Positions 53,301 to 64,000 of a stretch of DNA of 64,000 bases are shown in pieces. Every line of letters starts with the position of its first letter. The stretch's first letter is position 1. The notes below the pieces were generated by a model. That model was not told the DNA's origin. It did not search any database and worked only from the letters and a program-made list of their open reading frames with translations. A program made the position numbers and the translations under genes. The DNA is from the human T2T-CHM13v2.0 reference genome, Homo sapiens. The stretch spans positions 9,984,001-10,048,000 of the forward strand of contig CP068257.2 in assembly GCA_009914755.4 (NCBI GenBank), read 5' to 3'.

Positions 53301-54665
53301 CAAAACGCCCCAAATGTCCACGTGCAGGTTCTACAAAAAGAGAGCTTCAAAACTGCTCAATCAAAGAAGTTTTAACTCTGTGAGATGAATGCACACATCA
53401 CAAAGAAGTTTCTCATATTGCTTCTGTCTACAATTTATGTGAAGATATTTCCTTTTATACCATAGGCCCCAAAGCGCTCCAAATGTCCACTTGCAGATTC
53501 TACAAAAGGAGTGTTTCCAAACTTCTCAATCAAAAGAAGGTTCAAATCTGTGAGAAGAACACAGGCATCATAAAGAAGTTTCTCAGAATTCTTCTGTCTA
53601 GTTTTTATGTGAAGATACATTATTTTCCACCATAGGCCACAAAGCACTCTAAATGTCCACTTGCAGATTCTACAAAAAGAGAGTTTCAAATCTGGTCCAT
53701 CAAAAGAAAACTTCAACCCTGTGAGATGAACGCACATATCACAAAGAAGTTTATCAGGTTGCTTCTGTCTAGATTTTATGTGAAGATATTTCCTTTTATA
53801 CCATAGATTGCAAAGCACTCCAAATGTCCACTTGAAGATTCTACAAAAAGAATGTTTCCAAACTGCTCAATCAAAAGAAATGTTCAGCTCTATGAGATGA
53901 ACACAGACATCACAAAGAAGTTTCTCAGAATTCTTCTATCTAGTTTTTATGTGAAGATATTTCCTTTTCCCCATAGGTCTAAAATCTCTCCAAATATCCA
54001 CTTGCAGATTCTACAAAAAGAGAGTTTCAAAACTACTGAATCAAAAGAAAGGTTTAACTGTGTGGGATGAATGCACACATCACAAAGAACTTTCTCAGAT
54101 TGCCTCTATCTAGATTTTAATGTGAATATCTTTCCTTTTCTACCATAGGCCTCAAAGCGCTCCAAAAGTCCACTTGCAGATTCTACAAAAAGAGTGTTTC
54201 CAAACAGCTCAATCAAAAGAAATTTTTGACTCTGTGAGATGAACGCACTCATCACAAAGATGTTTCTCAGAATTCTTCTGTCTAGTTTTTATATGAAGAT
54301 ACTTCCTTTTCCACGATGGGCCTCAATATGATCCAAATATCCACTTGCAGATTCTACAAAAGGAGTGTTTCAAAACTCCTCAATCAAAAGAAAGATTTAA
54401 CTCTGTGAGATGAATGCAACATCACAAAGAAGTTTCTCAGATTGCTTCTGTCTGGATTTTATGTGAAGATATTTCCTTTTCCACCATAGGCCTTTAAGAG
54501 CTCCAAATGTCCACTTCCAGATTCTACGTAAAGAGAGTAGCAAAATTGCTCAATCAAGAGAAAGTTTTAACTCTGTGAGATAAATGCACACATCATAAAA
54601 AAATTTCTCAGTTTGCTTCTGTCTATATTTTATGTGAGGGTATTCCGTTTTCTACCATAGGCTGC
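50318..54665 (-). repeat. Alpha satellite subtype IIa (dimeric alternation), same orientation as 1-38575
   Basis: cagattgcttctgtctagatt.tatgtgaag / cagaattcttctgtctagtttttatgtgaag alternation. Multi-monomer paralogy inside: 51390-51600 vs 52585-52800 (offset ~1195 = 7 monomers) and 51840-52260 vs 53380-53800 (offset 1540 = 9 monomers, roughly 92% identity). Confidence 0.7.
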
Positions 54666-57600
54666 AAAGCTCCCCAAATATCCACTTACAGATTCTACCA
54701 AAAGAGAGTTTCAAAACTACTCTGTCAAAAGATAGGTTCAAATCCGTGAGTTGAATGCACACATAACAAGGAAGTTTCCCAGAATGCTTCTGTGTAGTTT
54801 TTATCCGAAGATATTTCCTTTTCCAAAATAGACCACAAAGCCCTTCACATATTCACTTCCAGATTCTACAAAAAAAGTGTTTCAAAACTACTCAGTCAAT
54901 AGAAAGGTTCAACTCTGTGTGGTGAATGCATTTTTCTCAAAGAAGTTTCCCAGAATGCTTCTGTGTAGTTTTTATTTGAAGATATTTCATTTTCCATCAT
55001 AGGGCACAAAATGCTCCAAGTATCCACTTGCAGATTCTACAGAAAGAGAGATTTAAAAATGCTGAATCAAAAGATAGGGTCAACACTGTGAGTTGAATGC
55101 ACACATAACAAGAAGTTTCACAGAATGCTTCTGTGCAGTATTTATGTGAAGATATTTCCTTTTTCAAAATAGGCCTCAAATCGCTCCAAATATCCACTTG
55201 CAGATTCTACAAAAAGAGTGTTTCCAAACAGCTCAATCAAAAGAATGGTTAAATTCTGTGAGACAAATGCACACATCACAAGGATGTTTCTCAGAATGCT
55301 TCTGTGTAGTTTCAGTTTGAAGATATTTCCTTTTCCATTATAGGCCACAAAGGGCTCCAAATATCGACTTGCAGATTCTACAAAAGAGAGATTCAAATCT
55401 GCCCAGTCCAAAGATAGATTCAACTCTCTGAGTTGAATGCACATATCACAAAGAAGTTTCTCAGAATGCTTCTGTGTAGTTTTCATGTGAAGATATTTCG
55501 TTTTCCACAATGGGCCTCAAAGCTCTCCAAATATCAACTTGCAGATACTGCAAAAAGAGTGTTTCAAAACTGTTCAATCAAAGGAAGGTTTCAACTCTGT
55601 GTGATGAATGCACTCATCACAAAGAAGTTTCTCTGAATGCTTCTGTGTAGTATTTATTTGAAGATATATCCTTTTCCACCAAAGAGCACAAAGGGCTCCA
55701 AATATCCACTTGCAGATTCTACAAAAAGAGAGATTCAAAACGGCTCAATCAAAAGATAGGTTCAACTCTCTGAGTTGAATGCACACATCACAAAGAAGTT
55801 TCTCAGAATGCTTCTGTGTAGTTTTTATTTGAAGATATTTCCTTTTCCACAATAGGCCTGAAATCACTCCAAATATCCACTTGCAGATTCTACAAAAAGA
55901 GTGTTTCAAAACTACTCAATCAAAAGAAAGGTTCAACTCTGTGAGGTGAACGCACACATCACAAAGAAGTTTCTCAGAATGTTTTTGTGTAGTTTTTAGG
56001 TTAAGATATGTGCTTTTCCAAAGTAGGCCTCAAAGCGCTCATAATATCCACTTGCCGATTATACAGAAAGAGTGTTTCAAAACTGCTCTATCATAAGATA
56101 GGTTGAACCCTCTGAGATGAATGCACAGATCACAAAGACTTTTTTCAGAATTCTTCTGTGTAGTTTTTATTTGAAGATATTTCCCTTTCCACCATAGGAC
56201 GCAAATGGTTCCAAATATCCACTTGCAGATTCTACAAAAAGAGAAATAGAAATCTGTTCAATTATAAGATAGGTTCAACCTTGTGAGATGAATGCACACA
56301 TCACAAAGATGTTTCTCAGAATGCTTCTGTGTAATTTTTATGTGAAGATACTTCCTTTTCCACAATAGAGTGTTTCAAAACTTCCCAATCAAAAGAAAGG
56401 TTCAACCCTGTCAGATGAATGCTCACATCACAATCAAGTTTCTCAGAATGCTTCTGTGTAGTTTTTATTTGAAGATATTTTCTTTTCCACCATAGGCCAC
56501 AAAGGGCTCCAAATATCCACTTGCAGATTGTACAAAAAGAGAGATTCAAAACTGCCCAATCAAAAGATAGGTTCAACTCTGTTAGTTGAATGCACGCATC
56601 ACAGAAAAGTTTCCCAAAATGCTTCTGTGAAATTTTTATGTGAAAATATTTCTTTTTCCACAATGGGCCTCAAAGCTCTCCAAATATCAACTTGCAGATA
56701 CTGCAAAAAGTGTGTTTCAAAACTGCTCAATCAGAGGAGGATTTCAACTCTGTGTGATGAATGCACTCATCACAAAGAAGTTTCTCTGAATGCTTCTGTG
56801 TAATTTTTATTTGAAGATATTTCTTTTTCCACCATAGAGCGCAAAGGGCTCCAAATATCCACTTGCAGATTCTACAAAAAGATAGTTTAAAAACGGGTCA
56901 ATCAAAAGATAGGTTCAACTCTGTGAGTTGAAGACACCCATCAAAAAGAAGTTTCTCAGAATGCTTCTGTGTAGGTTTTATGTGAAGATATCTCCTTTTC
57001 TACAGTAGGCCTCAAATCGATCCAAATATCCACTTGTAGATTCTACAAAAACAGTTTCAAAACTGCTCAATCAAAAGATAGGTTCAATTCTGTGAGCTGA
57101 ATGCACTCACCACAGACATGTTTCTCAGAATGCTTCTGTGTAGTTTTTATGTGAAGATATTTCCTTTTCCACAATAGGCTTCAAAGCTCTCCAAATATCC
57201 ACTTGCCGATTCTGCAAAAAGAGAGATTCAAAACTGCTCAATCAAGACATAGGTTCAACTCTGTGAGTTGAATGCACATCTCCAAAGAAGTTTCTCAGAA
57301 TTCTTCTGTGTAGTTTTTATTTGAAGATATTTGCTTTTCCACAGTAGGCCTCAAAGCGCTACAAATATCCACTTGAAGTTTCTGCAAAAAGAGAGATTCA
57401 AAACTGCTCAATCAAAAGATAGATTCAACTCTGTGTGTTGAATTCACACATAACAAAGGAGTTTCTCAGAATGCTTCTGTGTAGTTTTTATGTTAAGATA
57501 TACCCTTTTCCAAAATAGGCCTCAAAGCCCTCCAAATATCCACTTCCAGATTCTACAAAAAGAGTGTTTCAAATTTGCTCAATGAAAAGAAACATTCAAC

Positions 57601-60600
57601 ACTGTGTGATGAATGCACTCCTCACAAAGAAGTTTCTCTGAATGCTTCTGTGTAGTTTTTATTTGAAGATATTTCCTTTTCAACTTTAGGGCACAAAGAG
57701 CTCCCAATATCCACTTGCAGATTCTACAAAAAGAGAGATTGGAAACTGCTCAATCAGAAGATACGTTCAACCCTGTGAGATGAATGCACACATCACAGAG
57801 AAGTTTCCCAGAATGCTTCTGTGTATGTAGTTTTTATTTGAAGATATTTCCTTTTCCACCATATGCTGCAAAGGGCTCTAAATATTCAATAACAAAGTCT
57901 ACAAAAGAGAGATTCCAAACTGCTCAATCAAAAGATCTGTTCAACTCTTTAAGTTTAATGCATATATAACAAAGAAGTTTCTCAGAATGTTTCTGTTCAG
58001 TTTTTATGTGAAGATATTTCTTTTTCCACCATAGGCCTCAAAGCCCTCCAAATATCCAATTCCAGATTCTACAAAAAGAGTGTTGCAAAATTGATCAATC
58101 AAAGGAAGGGTTCAACTCTCTGAGATGAATGCACTCATCACAAAGAAGTTTCTCAGAATGCTACTGTGCTCTTTTTATTTAAAGATATTTCCTTTTCCAC
58201 CATAGGGTGCAAAGGGCTCCAAATATCTACTTACGGATTCTACAAAAAGAGAGATTGAAAACTTCTCAATCAAAAAATAAGTTCAAATCTGTGAGTTGAA
58301 TGAACACATAACAAAGAAGTTTGTCAGAATGCTTCTGTGTAGTTTTTATGTGAAGATATTTCCTTTTCCAAAATAGGCCTCAAAGCTCTTGAAATATACA
58401 CTTCCAGATTCCACAAAAAGAGTGTTTCAAAATTGCTCAATCAAAGGAAAGGTTCAACTCTGTGTGATGAATGCACTCATCACAAAGAAGTTTCTCTGAA
58501 TACTTCTGTGTAGTTTTTATTTGAAGATATTTCATTTTCCACAATAGGGCGCAAAGGGCTCCAAATATGGACTTGAAGATTCTACAAAAAGAGAGATTCA
58601 AAGTTGCTCAATCAAAAGAAAGGTTCAACTCTGTGAGTTGAATGCACACATCACAAAGAAGTTTCTCAGAATGCTTCTGCGTAGTTTTTAAGTGAAGATA
58701 CTTCCTTTTCCACAATAGGCCTCAAACCGCTCCAGGTATCCCTTTGCAGATACTACAAAAAGAGTGTTTCAAAACTGCTCAATCAAAAGAAAGTTTCAAC
58801 TTTGTGAGATGAATGAACACATCACAAAGAGGTTTCTCAGCATGCTTCTGTGTAGTTTTTATGTGAACATATTTGCTTTTCCACAATAGGCCTCAAAGCT
58901 CTCCAAATATCCACTTGCAGATTCTGCAAAAAGAGAGATTCAAAAGTGCTCAATAAGGCGGTAGTTTCGACTCTGTGAGTTGAATGCACATCTCCAAAAA
59001 AGTTTCTCAGAATTCTTCTGTGTAGTTTTTATTTGAAGTATTTGCTTTTCCACCATAGGCCCCAAATCGCTACAAATATCCACTTGAAGATTCTGCAAAA
59101 AGAGAGAATCAAAACTGCTCAATCAAAAGATAGGTTCAACTCTGGATGTTGAATGCACACATAACAAAGGAGTTTCTCAGAATGCTTCTGTGTAGTTTTT
59201 ATGTTAAGATATACTCTTTTCCAAAATAGGCCTCATAGCCCTCCAAATATCCACTTCCAGATTCTACAAAGAGTGTTTCAAAACTGCTCAATGAAAAGTA
59301 ACGTTCAACACTGTGTGATGAATGCACTCCTCTCAAAGAAGTTTCTCTGAATGCTTCTGTGTAGTTTTTACTTGAAGATATTTCCTTTTCAACAATAGGG
59401 CACAAAGGGCTGCAAATATCCACTTGCAGATTCTACAAAAAGAGAGATTGGAAACTGCTCAATCATAAGAGGCGTTCAATTCTGTGAGATGAATGCACAC
59501 ATCACAGAGAAGTTTCCCAGAATGCTTCTGTGTAGTTTTTAAGTGAAGATACTTCCTTTTCCACAATAGGCCTCAAATCGCTCCAAATATCCACTTGCAG
59601 ATTCTACAAAAAGTGTGTTTCAAAACTCCTCAATCAAAAGAAAGTTTCAACTCTTTGAGATGAATGAACACATCACAAAGAAGTTTCTCAGAATGCTTCT
59701 GTTTTGTTCTTATTTGAAGATATTTCCTTTTCAGCAATAGGCCTCAAAACTCTCCACATATCCACTTGCAGATTCTGCAAAAAGGGAGATTCAGAGCTGC
59801 TCATTCAAAAGGTAGGTTCAACTCTGTGTTTTGAATACACACCTCACAACGAAGTTTCTCAGAATGCTTCTGTGTAGTTTCTATGTGAAGATATTTCCTT
59901 TTCTACAATAGGCCTCAAAGCTCTCCAAATAGCAACTTTCAGATTCTGCAAAAAGAGAGATTCAAAACTGCCCAATTAGCAGATAGGTTCAACTCTGTGA
60001 GTTGAATACACACATCACAAAGAAGTTTCTCAGAATGCTTCTGTGTAGTTTTTATTTGAAGTTATTTCCTTTTCCACCATAGGCCACAAAGGGATCAAAA
60101 CATCCAAATGCAGATTCTAAAAAAAGGAGATTCAAAACTGCTCAATCAAAAGAAACGTTCAACTCTGTGACATGAATGTACACACCACAAAAAAGTTTCT
60201 CAGAATATTTCTGTGTAGTTTTTATGTGAAGATATTTGCTTTTCCACGGTAGGCCTCAAAGCGCTCCAAATATGTACTTGCAGATTCTATAAAAGGAGTG
60301 TTTCAAAACTGCTGAATAAAAAGAAAGGATCAACTCTGTGAAATGAATGGACACATCACAAAGAAGTTTCTCAGAATGCTTCTGTGTAGCTTTTATTTGA
60401 AGGTATTTCCTTTTCCACCATAGGCCGCAAAGGGATCGAAATATCCAATTGCAGATTCTAAAAAAAGGAGATTCAAAACTGCCCATTTCTGTGTAGTCTT
60501 TATGTGAAGATATTTGCTTTTCCATGTTAGGCCTCAAAGCGATCCAAATATCTACTTGCAGATCCTGTAAAGTGAGTGTTTCAAAACTGCTGAATAAAAA

Positions 60601-63054
60601 GAAAGGATCAACTCTGTGAAATGAATGGACACATCACAAAGAAGTTTCTCAGAATGCTTCTGTGTAGTTTTTATTTGAAGGTATTTCCTTTTCCACCATA
60701 GGCCACAAAGGGATTGAAATATCCAATTGCAGATTCTAAAAAAAGGAGATTCAAAACTGCTCAATCAAAATAAACGTTCAACTCTGTGACATGAATGTGC
60801 ACACCACCAAAAAGTTTCTCAGAATGTTTCTGTGTAGTTTTTATGTGAAGATATTTGCTTTTCCACGGTAGGCCTCAAAGTGCTCCAATTATGTACTTGC
60901 AGATTCTATAAAAGGATTGTTTCAAAACTGCTGAATAAAAAGAAAGGATCAATTCTGTGAAATGAATGGACACATCACAAAGAAGTTTCTCAGAATGCTT
61001 CTGTGTAGTTTTTATTTGAAGGTATTTCCTTTTCCACCATAGGCCGCAAAGGGCTCCAAATATCCAATTGCAGATTCCAAAAAAAAGGAGATTCAATACT
61101 GCTCAATCAAAAGAAAGGTTCAACTCTGTGAATTGAATGCACACATCACAAAGAAGTTTATCAGAATGCTTCTGTGTAGCTTTTATGTTAAGATATTTCC
61201 TTTTCCACAATAGGGCTGATATCGCTCCAAATATCCACTTGCAGACTCTACAAAAACAGTGTTTCATAACTGCTCCATCAAAATAAAGAATCAACTCTGT
61301 GAGGTGAATGCACACATCACAAAGAAGTTTCTCTGAATGCTTCTGTGTAGTGTTTATGTGAACATATTTGCTTTTCCACAATAGGCCCCAAAGTGCTCCA
61401 AATATCCACATGCTGATTTCTACAAAAAGAGTGTTTCAAAACTGCTCAATCATAAGGTAGGTTCGTCCTGTGAGATGAATGCACACATCAAAACGAAGTT
61501 TCTCAGAATGCTTCTGTGTAGTTTTTATTTGAACATATTTCCTTTTCCACCATAGGCCACAAAGGGCTCCAAATATCCACTCACAGATTCTACAAAAAAA
61601 GAGATTCAAAACTGTTTAATCAAAAGCTAGGTTCAACTCTGTCAGTTGAATGCACACATCACAAAGAAGTTTCTCAGAATGCTTCTGTGTAGTTTTTACA
61701 TGAAGATATTTCCTTTTCCCCAATAGGCCTCAAAGCTCTCCAAATATCCACTTGCAGATTCTGCAAAAAGAGATTCAAAACTGCTCCATCAAAAGAGAGG
61801 TTCGACTGTCAGTGGAATGCACACATCACAAAGTAGTTTCTCAGAACGCTTCTGTGTAGTTTGTATGTGAAGATATTTCCTTTTCAACCATAAAGCACAA
61901 AGGGCTCCAAATATCAAGTTGCAGATTGTACCAAAAGAGAGTTTAAAAACGGCTCAATCAAAACATAGGTTCAACTCTGTGAGTTGAATGCACACGTCAC
62001 AAATAGTTTCTCAGAATGATTTTGTGTAGTTTTTAGGTGAAGATATTTGCGATTCCACAGTAGGCCTCAAAGCGCTCCAAATATCCATTTGCTCATTAAA
62101 CAAAAAGAGTGTATCAAAACTGCTCAATCATAAGATAGGTTCAACCCTGTGAGATGAATGCACACATCACAAATAACTTTCTCAGAATGCTTCTGTGTAG
62201 TTTTTATGTGAAGATATTTCCTTTTCCACCGTAGGCCACAAAGGGCTCCAAATATCAACTTGAAGATTCTACAAAAAGAGAGATTCAAAACTGCTCCATC
62301 AAGAGATAAGTTCAACTCTGTGAGTTGAATGGACACATCGCAAAGAATTTTCTCATAATGCTTCTGTGTAGTTTTTATTTGAAGATACTTCCTTTTCCAC
62401 AATAGGCCTCAAAGCTCTCCAACTATCCCCTTGCAGATTCTACAAAAAGAGAGATTCAAAACTGCTCAATCAATAGAGTGGTTTGACTCTGTGCGTTGAA
62501 TGCACACCTCACAGAGAAGTTTCTCAGAATGCTTCTGTGTAGTTTGTATTTGAAGATATTTGCTTTTCCACAGTAGGCCTGAAAGCTCTCCAAATATCCA
62601 CTTGCAGATTCTGCCAAAAGAGAGATTCAAAACTGCTCAATCCAAAGATAGGTTCAACTCTTTGAGTTGAATGCACACATCACAAAGAAGTTTTTCAGAA
62701 TGCTTCTGTGTAGTTATTATCTGAAGATATTTCCTTTTCCACAGAAGACCTCAGAGGTCTTTAATATCTACTTGCAGATTCTGCAAAAAGAGTGATTCAA
62801 AACAGCTCAATCAAAAGATATTTTCGACTCTGTGAGTTGAATGCACACCTAACAAAAAAGATTCTCACAATGCTTCTGTGTAATTTTTAGGTGTAGATGT
62901 TTGCTTTCCCTCATTAGGCCTCAAAAAGTTCCAAATATCCACTTGCAGATTCTGCAAAAAGAGAGATTCAAAACTGCTCATTCAAGAGATAGGTTCAAAT
63001 CTGTGAGTTGACTGCACACCTCACAAAGAAGTTTCTCAGAATGCTTCTGGGTAG
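54666..63054 (-). repeat. Alpha satellite subtype I (ctgtgtag / aaatatccac), same family as 1-27630
   Basis: From ~54665 monomers revert to gcttctgtgtagtttttat(g/t)tgaagatatttccttttccac...ctccaaatatccacttgcagattct. Gagattcaaaactgctcaatcaaaagataggttcaactctgtgagttgaatgcac and gtgtttcaaaactgctcaatcaaaagaaaggttcaactctgtgagatgaatgcac alternate as in 1-27630. Confidence 0.75.
60085..61100 (-). repeat. Local dimeric higher-order repeat (~340-bp unit, ~3 copies); one copy has an ~85-bp internal deletion at ~60490
   Basis: The unit [ccacaaagggat.aaa.atccaa.tgcagattctaaaaaaaggagattcaaaactgctcaatcaaaa.aaacgttcaactctgtgacatgaatgt.cacaccac.aaaaagtttctcagaat.tttctgtgtagtttttatgtgaagatatttgcttttccacggtagg + cctcaaagcgctccaaatatgtacttgcagattctataaaaggagtgtttcaaaactgctgaataaaaagaaaggatcaactctgtgaaatgaatggacacatcacaaag...] repeats from 60085. 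At 60481 gattcaaaactgcccat|ttctgtgtagtctttatgtg skips ~85 bp. ORFs 60256..60537, 60552..60764 and 60875..61096 give near-identical translations. Confidence 0.75.
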
Positions 63055-64000
63055 TGGAGTGGAGAAAAGTGGAGTGGATTGGAGTGGTAAGGATTGGAAT
63101 GCAATGGAGTGGAGTGGAATGGAATGGAATGGAACAGAATGGAATGGAATGGAGTGGAACAGAGTGGAGTAGAGGGGAGTGGAATGGAGTTGAGTGGAGT
63201 GTATCAGAGTGCAGTGGAATGGAAAGGAATGGAATGGATTGGAATGGATTGGAGTGGAGTGGAGTGGAATGGAGTGAAATAGAGTGGAGTGGAATGAAGT
63301 GGAATGGAATGGAATGGAGTTGAATGTAACGGAATGGAGCAGAAAGGAATGGAACGGAACTTAAAGGAATCTAGTGGAGTGGAGTGGAGTGGAGTTGATC
63401 AGAGTGCAGTGGAATTGAATGGAATGGACTGGAATGGAATAGAGTGGAGTGGAGGGGAGTGGTAAGAAGTTGAATAGAGTGGAATGAAATAGAGTGGAGT
63501 GGAATGGTATGGAATGGAATGGAATGGAATGGAATGGAATGGAATGGAAAGGAATGGAAAGGAAGAGAATGGAATGGAATTGAAAGGAGCAGAGTGGAGT
63601 GGAATGGAGTTGATTGGAGGGGATCGGAGTGGAGGGGAATGGAATGGAATGAAGTGGAGTGGAGTGGAGTTGAATGGAATGGAGTGGAGTGAAACGGAAT
63701 GGAATGGAATGGAATGGAACAGAATGGAGTGGAGTGGAGTGGAGTGCAGTGGAGTTGAGTGGAGTGGTTCGGAGTGCAGGGGAATGGAAATGAATGGAAT
63801 GGAATGGAATGAAACAGGATGGAATGCAACGAAGAAATGAAATGTGAGCTAAGATTGTGTCACTGCACTCCAGTCTGGGTGACAGAGGTAGACCAGTCGA
63901 AATAAAGGAATGGAATGGAATGGAGTAGAATGGAATGGAATGGAGTGGAGTGGAATGGATGGAATGGAGTGGAGTGGATTGGAGTGGAGTGGAATGGAGA
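63055..64000 (+). repeat. HSat3-like pentameric satellite (GGAAT)n / (GGAGT)n, classical satellite III type
   Basis: The sequence from 63055 is tggagtggagaaaagtggagtggattggagtggtaaggattggaatgcaatggagtggagtggaatggaatggaatggaacagaatggaatgg..., with runs of pure ggaat (e.g. 63511-63545) and ggagt/ggaac variants. It directly abuts alpha satellite at 63054/63055 (...gtttctcagaatgcttctgggtag|tggagtggag). Confidence 0.85.
63845..63907 (+). mobile_element. Alu 3'-end fragment (~55 bp of right arm + A-rich remnant) embedded in HSat3
   Basis: tgagctaagattgtgtcactgcactccagtctgggtgacagaggtagaccagtcgaaataaagg resembles the Alu terminus (gagccgagatcgcgccactgcactccagcctgggcgacagagcgagactccgtctcaaaa). It is diverged (older S/J-like) and flanked on both sides by ggaatggaatgg. 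Confidence 0.7.

Noticed and set aside
63371-63829. 152-aa minus-strand ORF (HSIPFHSIPFHS...) and overlapping + strand ORFs (MEWNGMEWNG...) at the window end
   Set aside because: Translation of (GGAAT)n / (ATTCC)n pentameric satellite. It is a pure low-complexity repeat artefact.
1-64000. CRISPR array, operon, defence island or other novel gene system suggested by the task framing
   Set aside because: The regular repeats are 171-bp and 5-bp eukaryotic satellites (primate alpha satellite, HSat3) with primate L1 and Alu insertions. There are no spacer-like unique segments between identical repeats, no cas-like or any long ORFs, and no prokaryotic features. Nothing here supports a coding system.

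Overview
This window is human pericentromeric satellite DNA with no credible protein-coding genes. Positions 1-63054 are alpha satellite, built from ~171-bp monomers. All monomers are A-type, carrying the pJalpha motif tccttttccaccatagg, and no CENP-B boxes are present. Positions 63055-64000 are HSat3-like (GGAAT)n satellite with an embedded ~60-bp Alu fragment.

The alpha satellite splits into monomer subtypes arranged as mirrored domains:
- Type I (ctgtgtag / aaatatccac) at 1-27630 and 54666-63054.
- Type IIa (ctgtctag / aaatgtccac, ~340-bp dimeric alternation) at 27631-35050 and 50318-54665.
- Type IIb (gtttgtcagaatgc variant) at 35051-38575.

An 11.7-kb block, 38576-50317, lies in the opposite orientation (IIb then IIa). 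Reading along the window the order is I, IIa, IIb, then inverted IIb and inverted IIa, then IIa and I. The 38575/38576 junction is abrupt and head-to-head.

Three retroelement insertions interrupt the array:
- An L1PA 3'-end, 1575-1960, plus strand, with a 12-bp target-site duplication and a 17-bp inverted 5' piece.
- An L1PA 3'-end, 33448-34335, minus strand, which keeps an open 204-codon ORF2 C-terminus.
- A young AluYb8-like element, 37925-38238, with a 26-nt poly-A tail and a 14-bp target-site duplication.

The most striking feature is a base-perfect tandem duplication with an 8967-bp period (about 52.4 monomers). Copy 1 is 2193-11159 and copy 2 is 11160-20162. Both edges sit in the same 36-bp conserved monomer block.

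Local HOR-like amplifications also occur:
- two 3-mers and one 5-mer inside the inverted block;
- a dimeric unit at 60085-61100;
- 7- and 9-monomer paralogy in 50318-54665.

Every ORF in the six-frame track is a periodic translation of satellite or a read-through into Alu or L1. I found no prokaryotic-style or novel gene system; the structure, not coding content, is what merits a second look.
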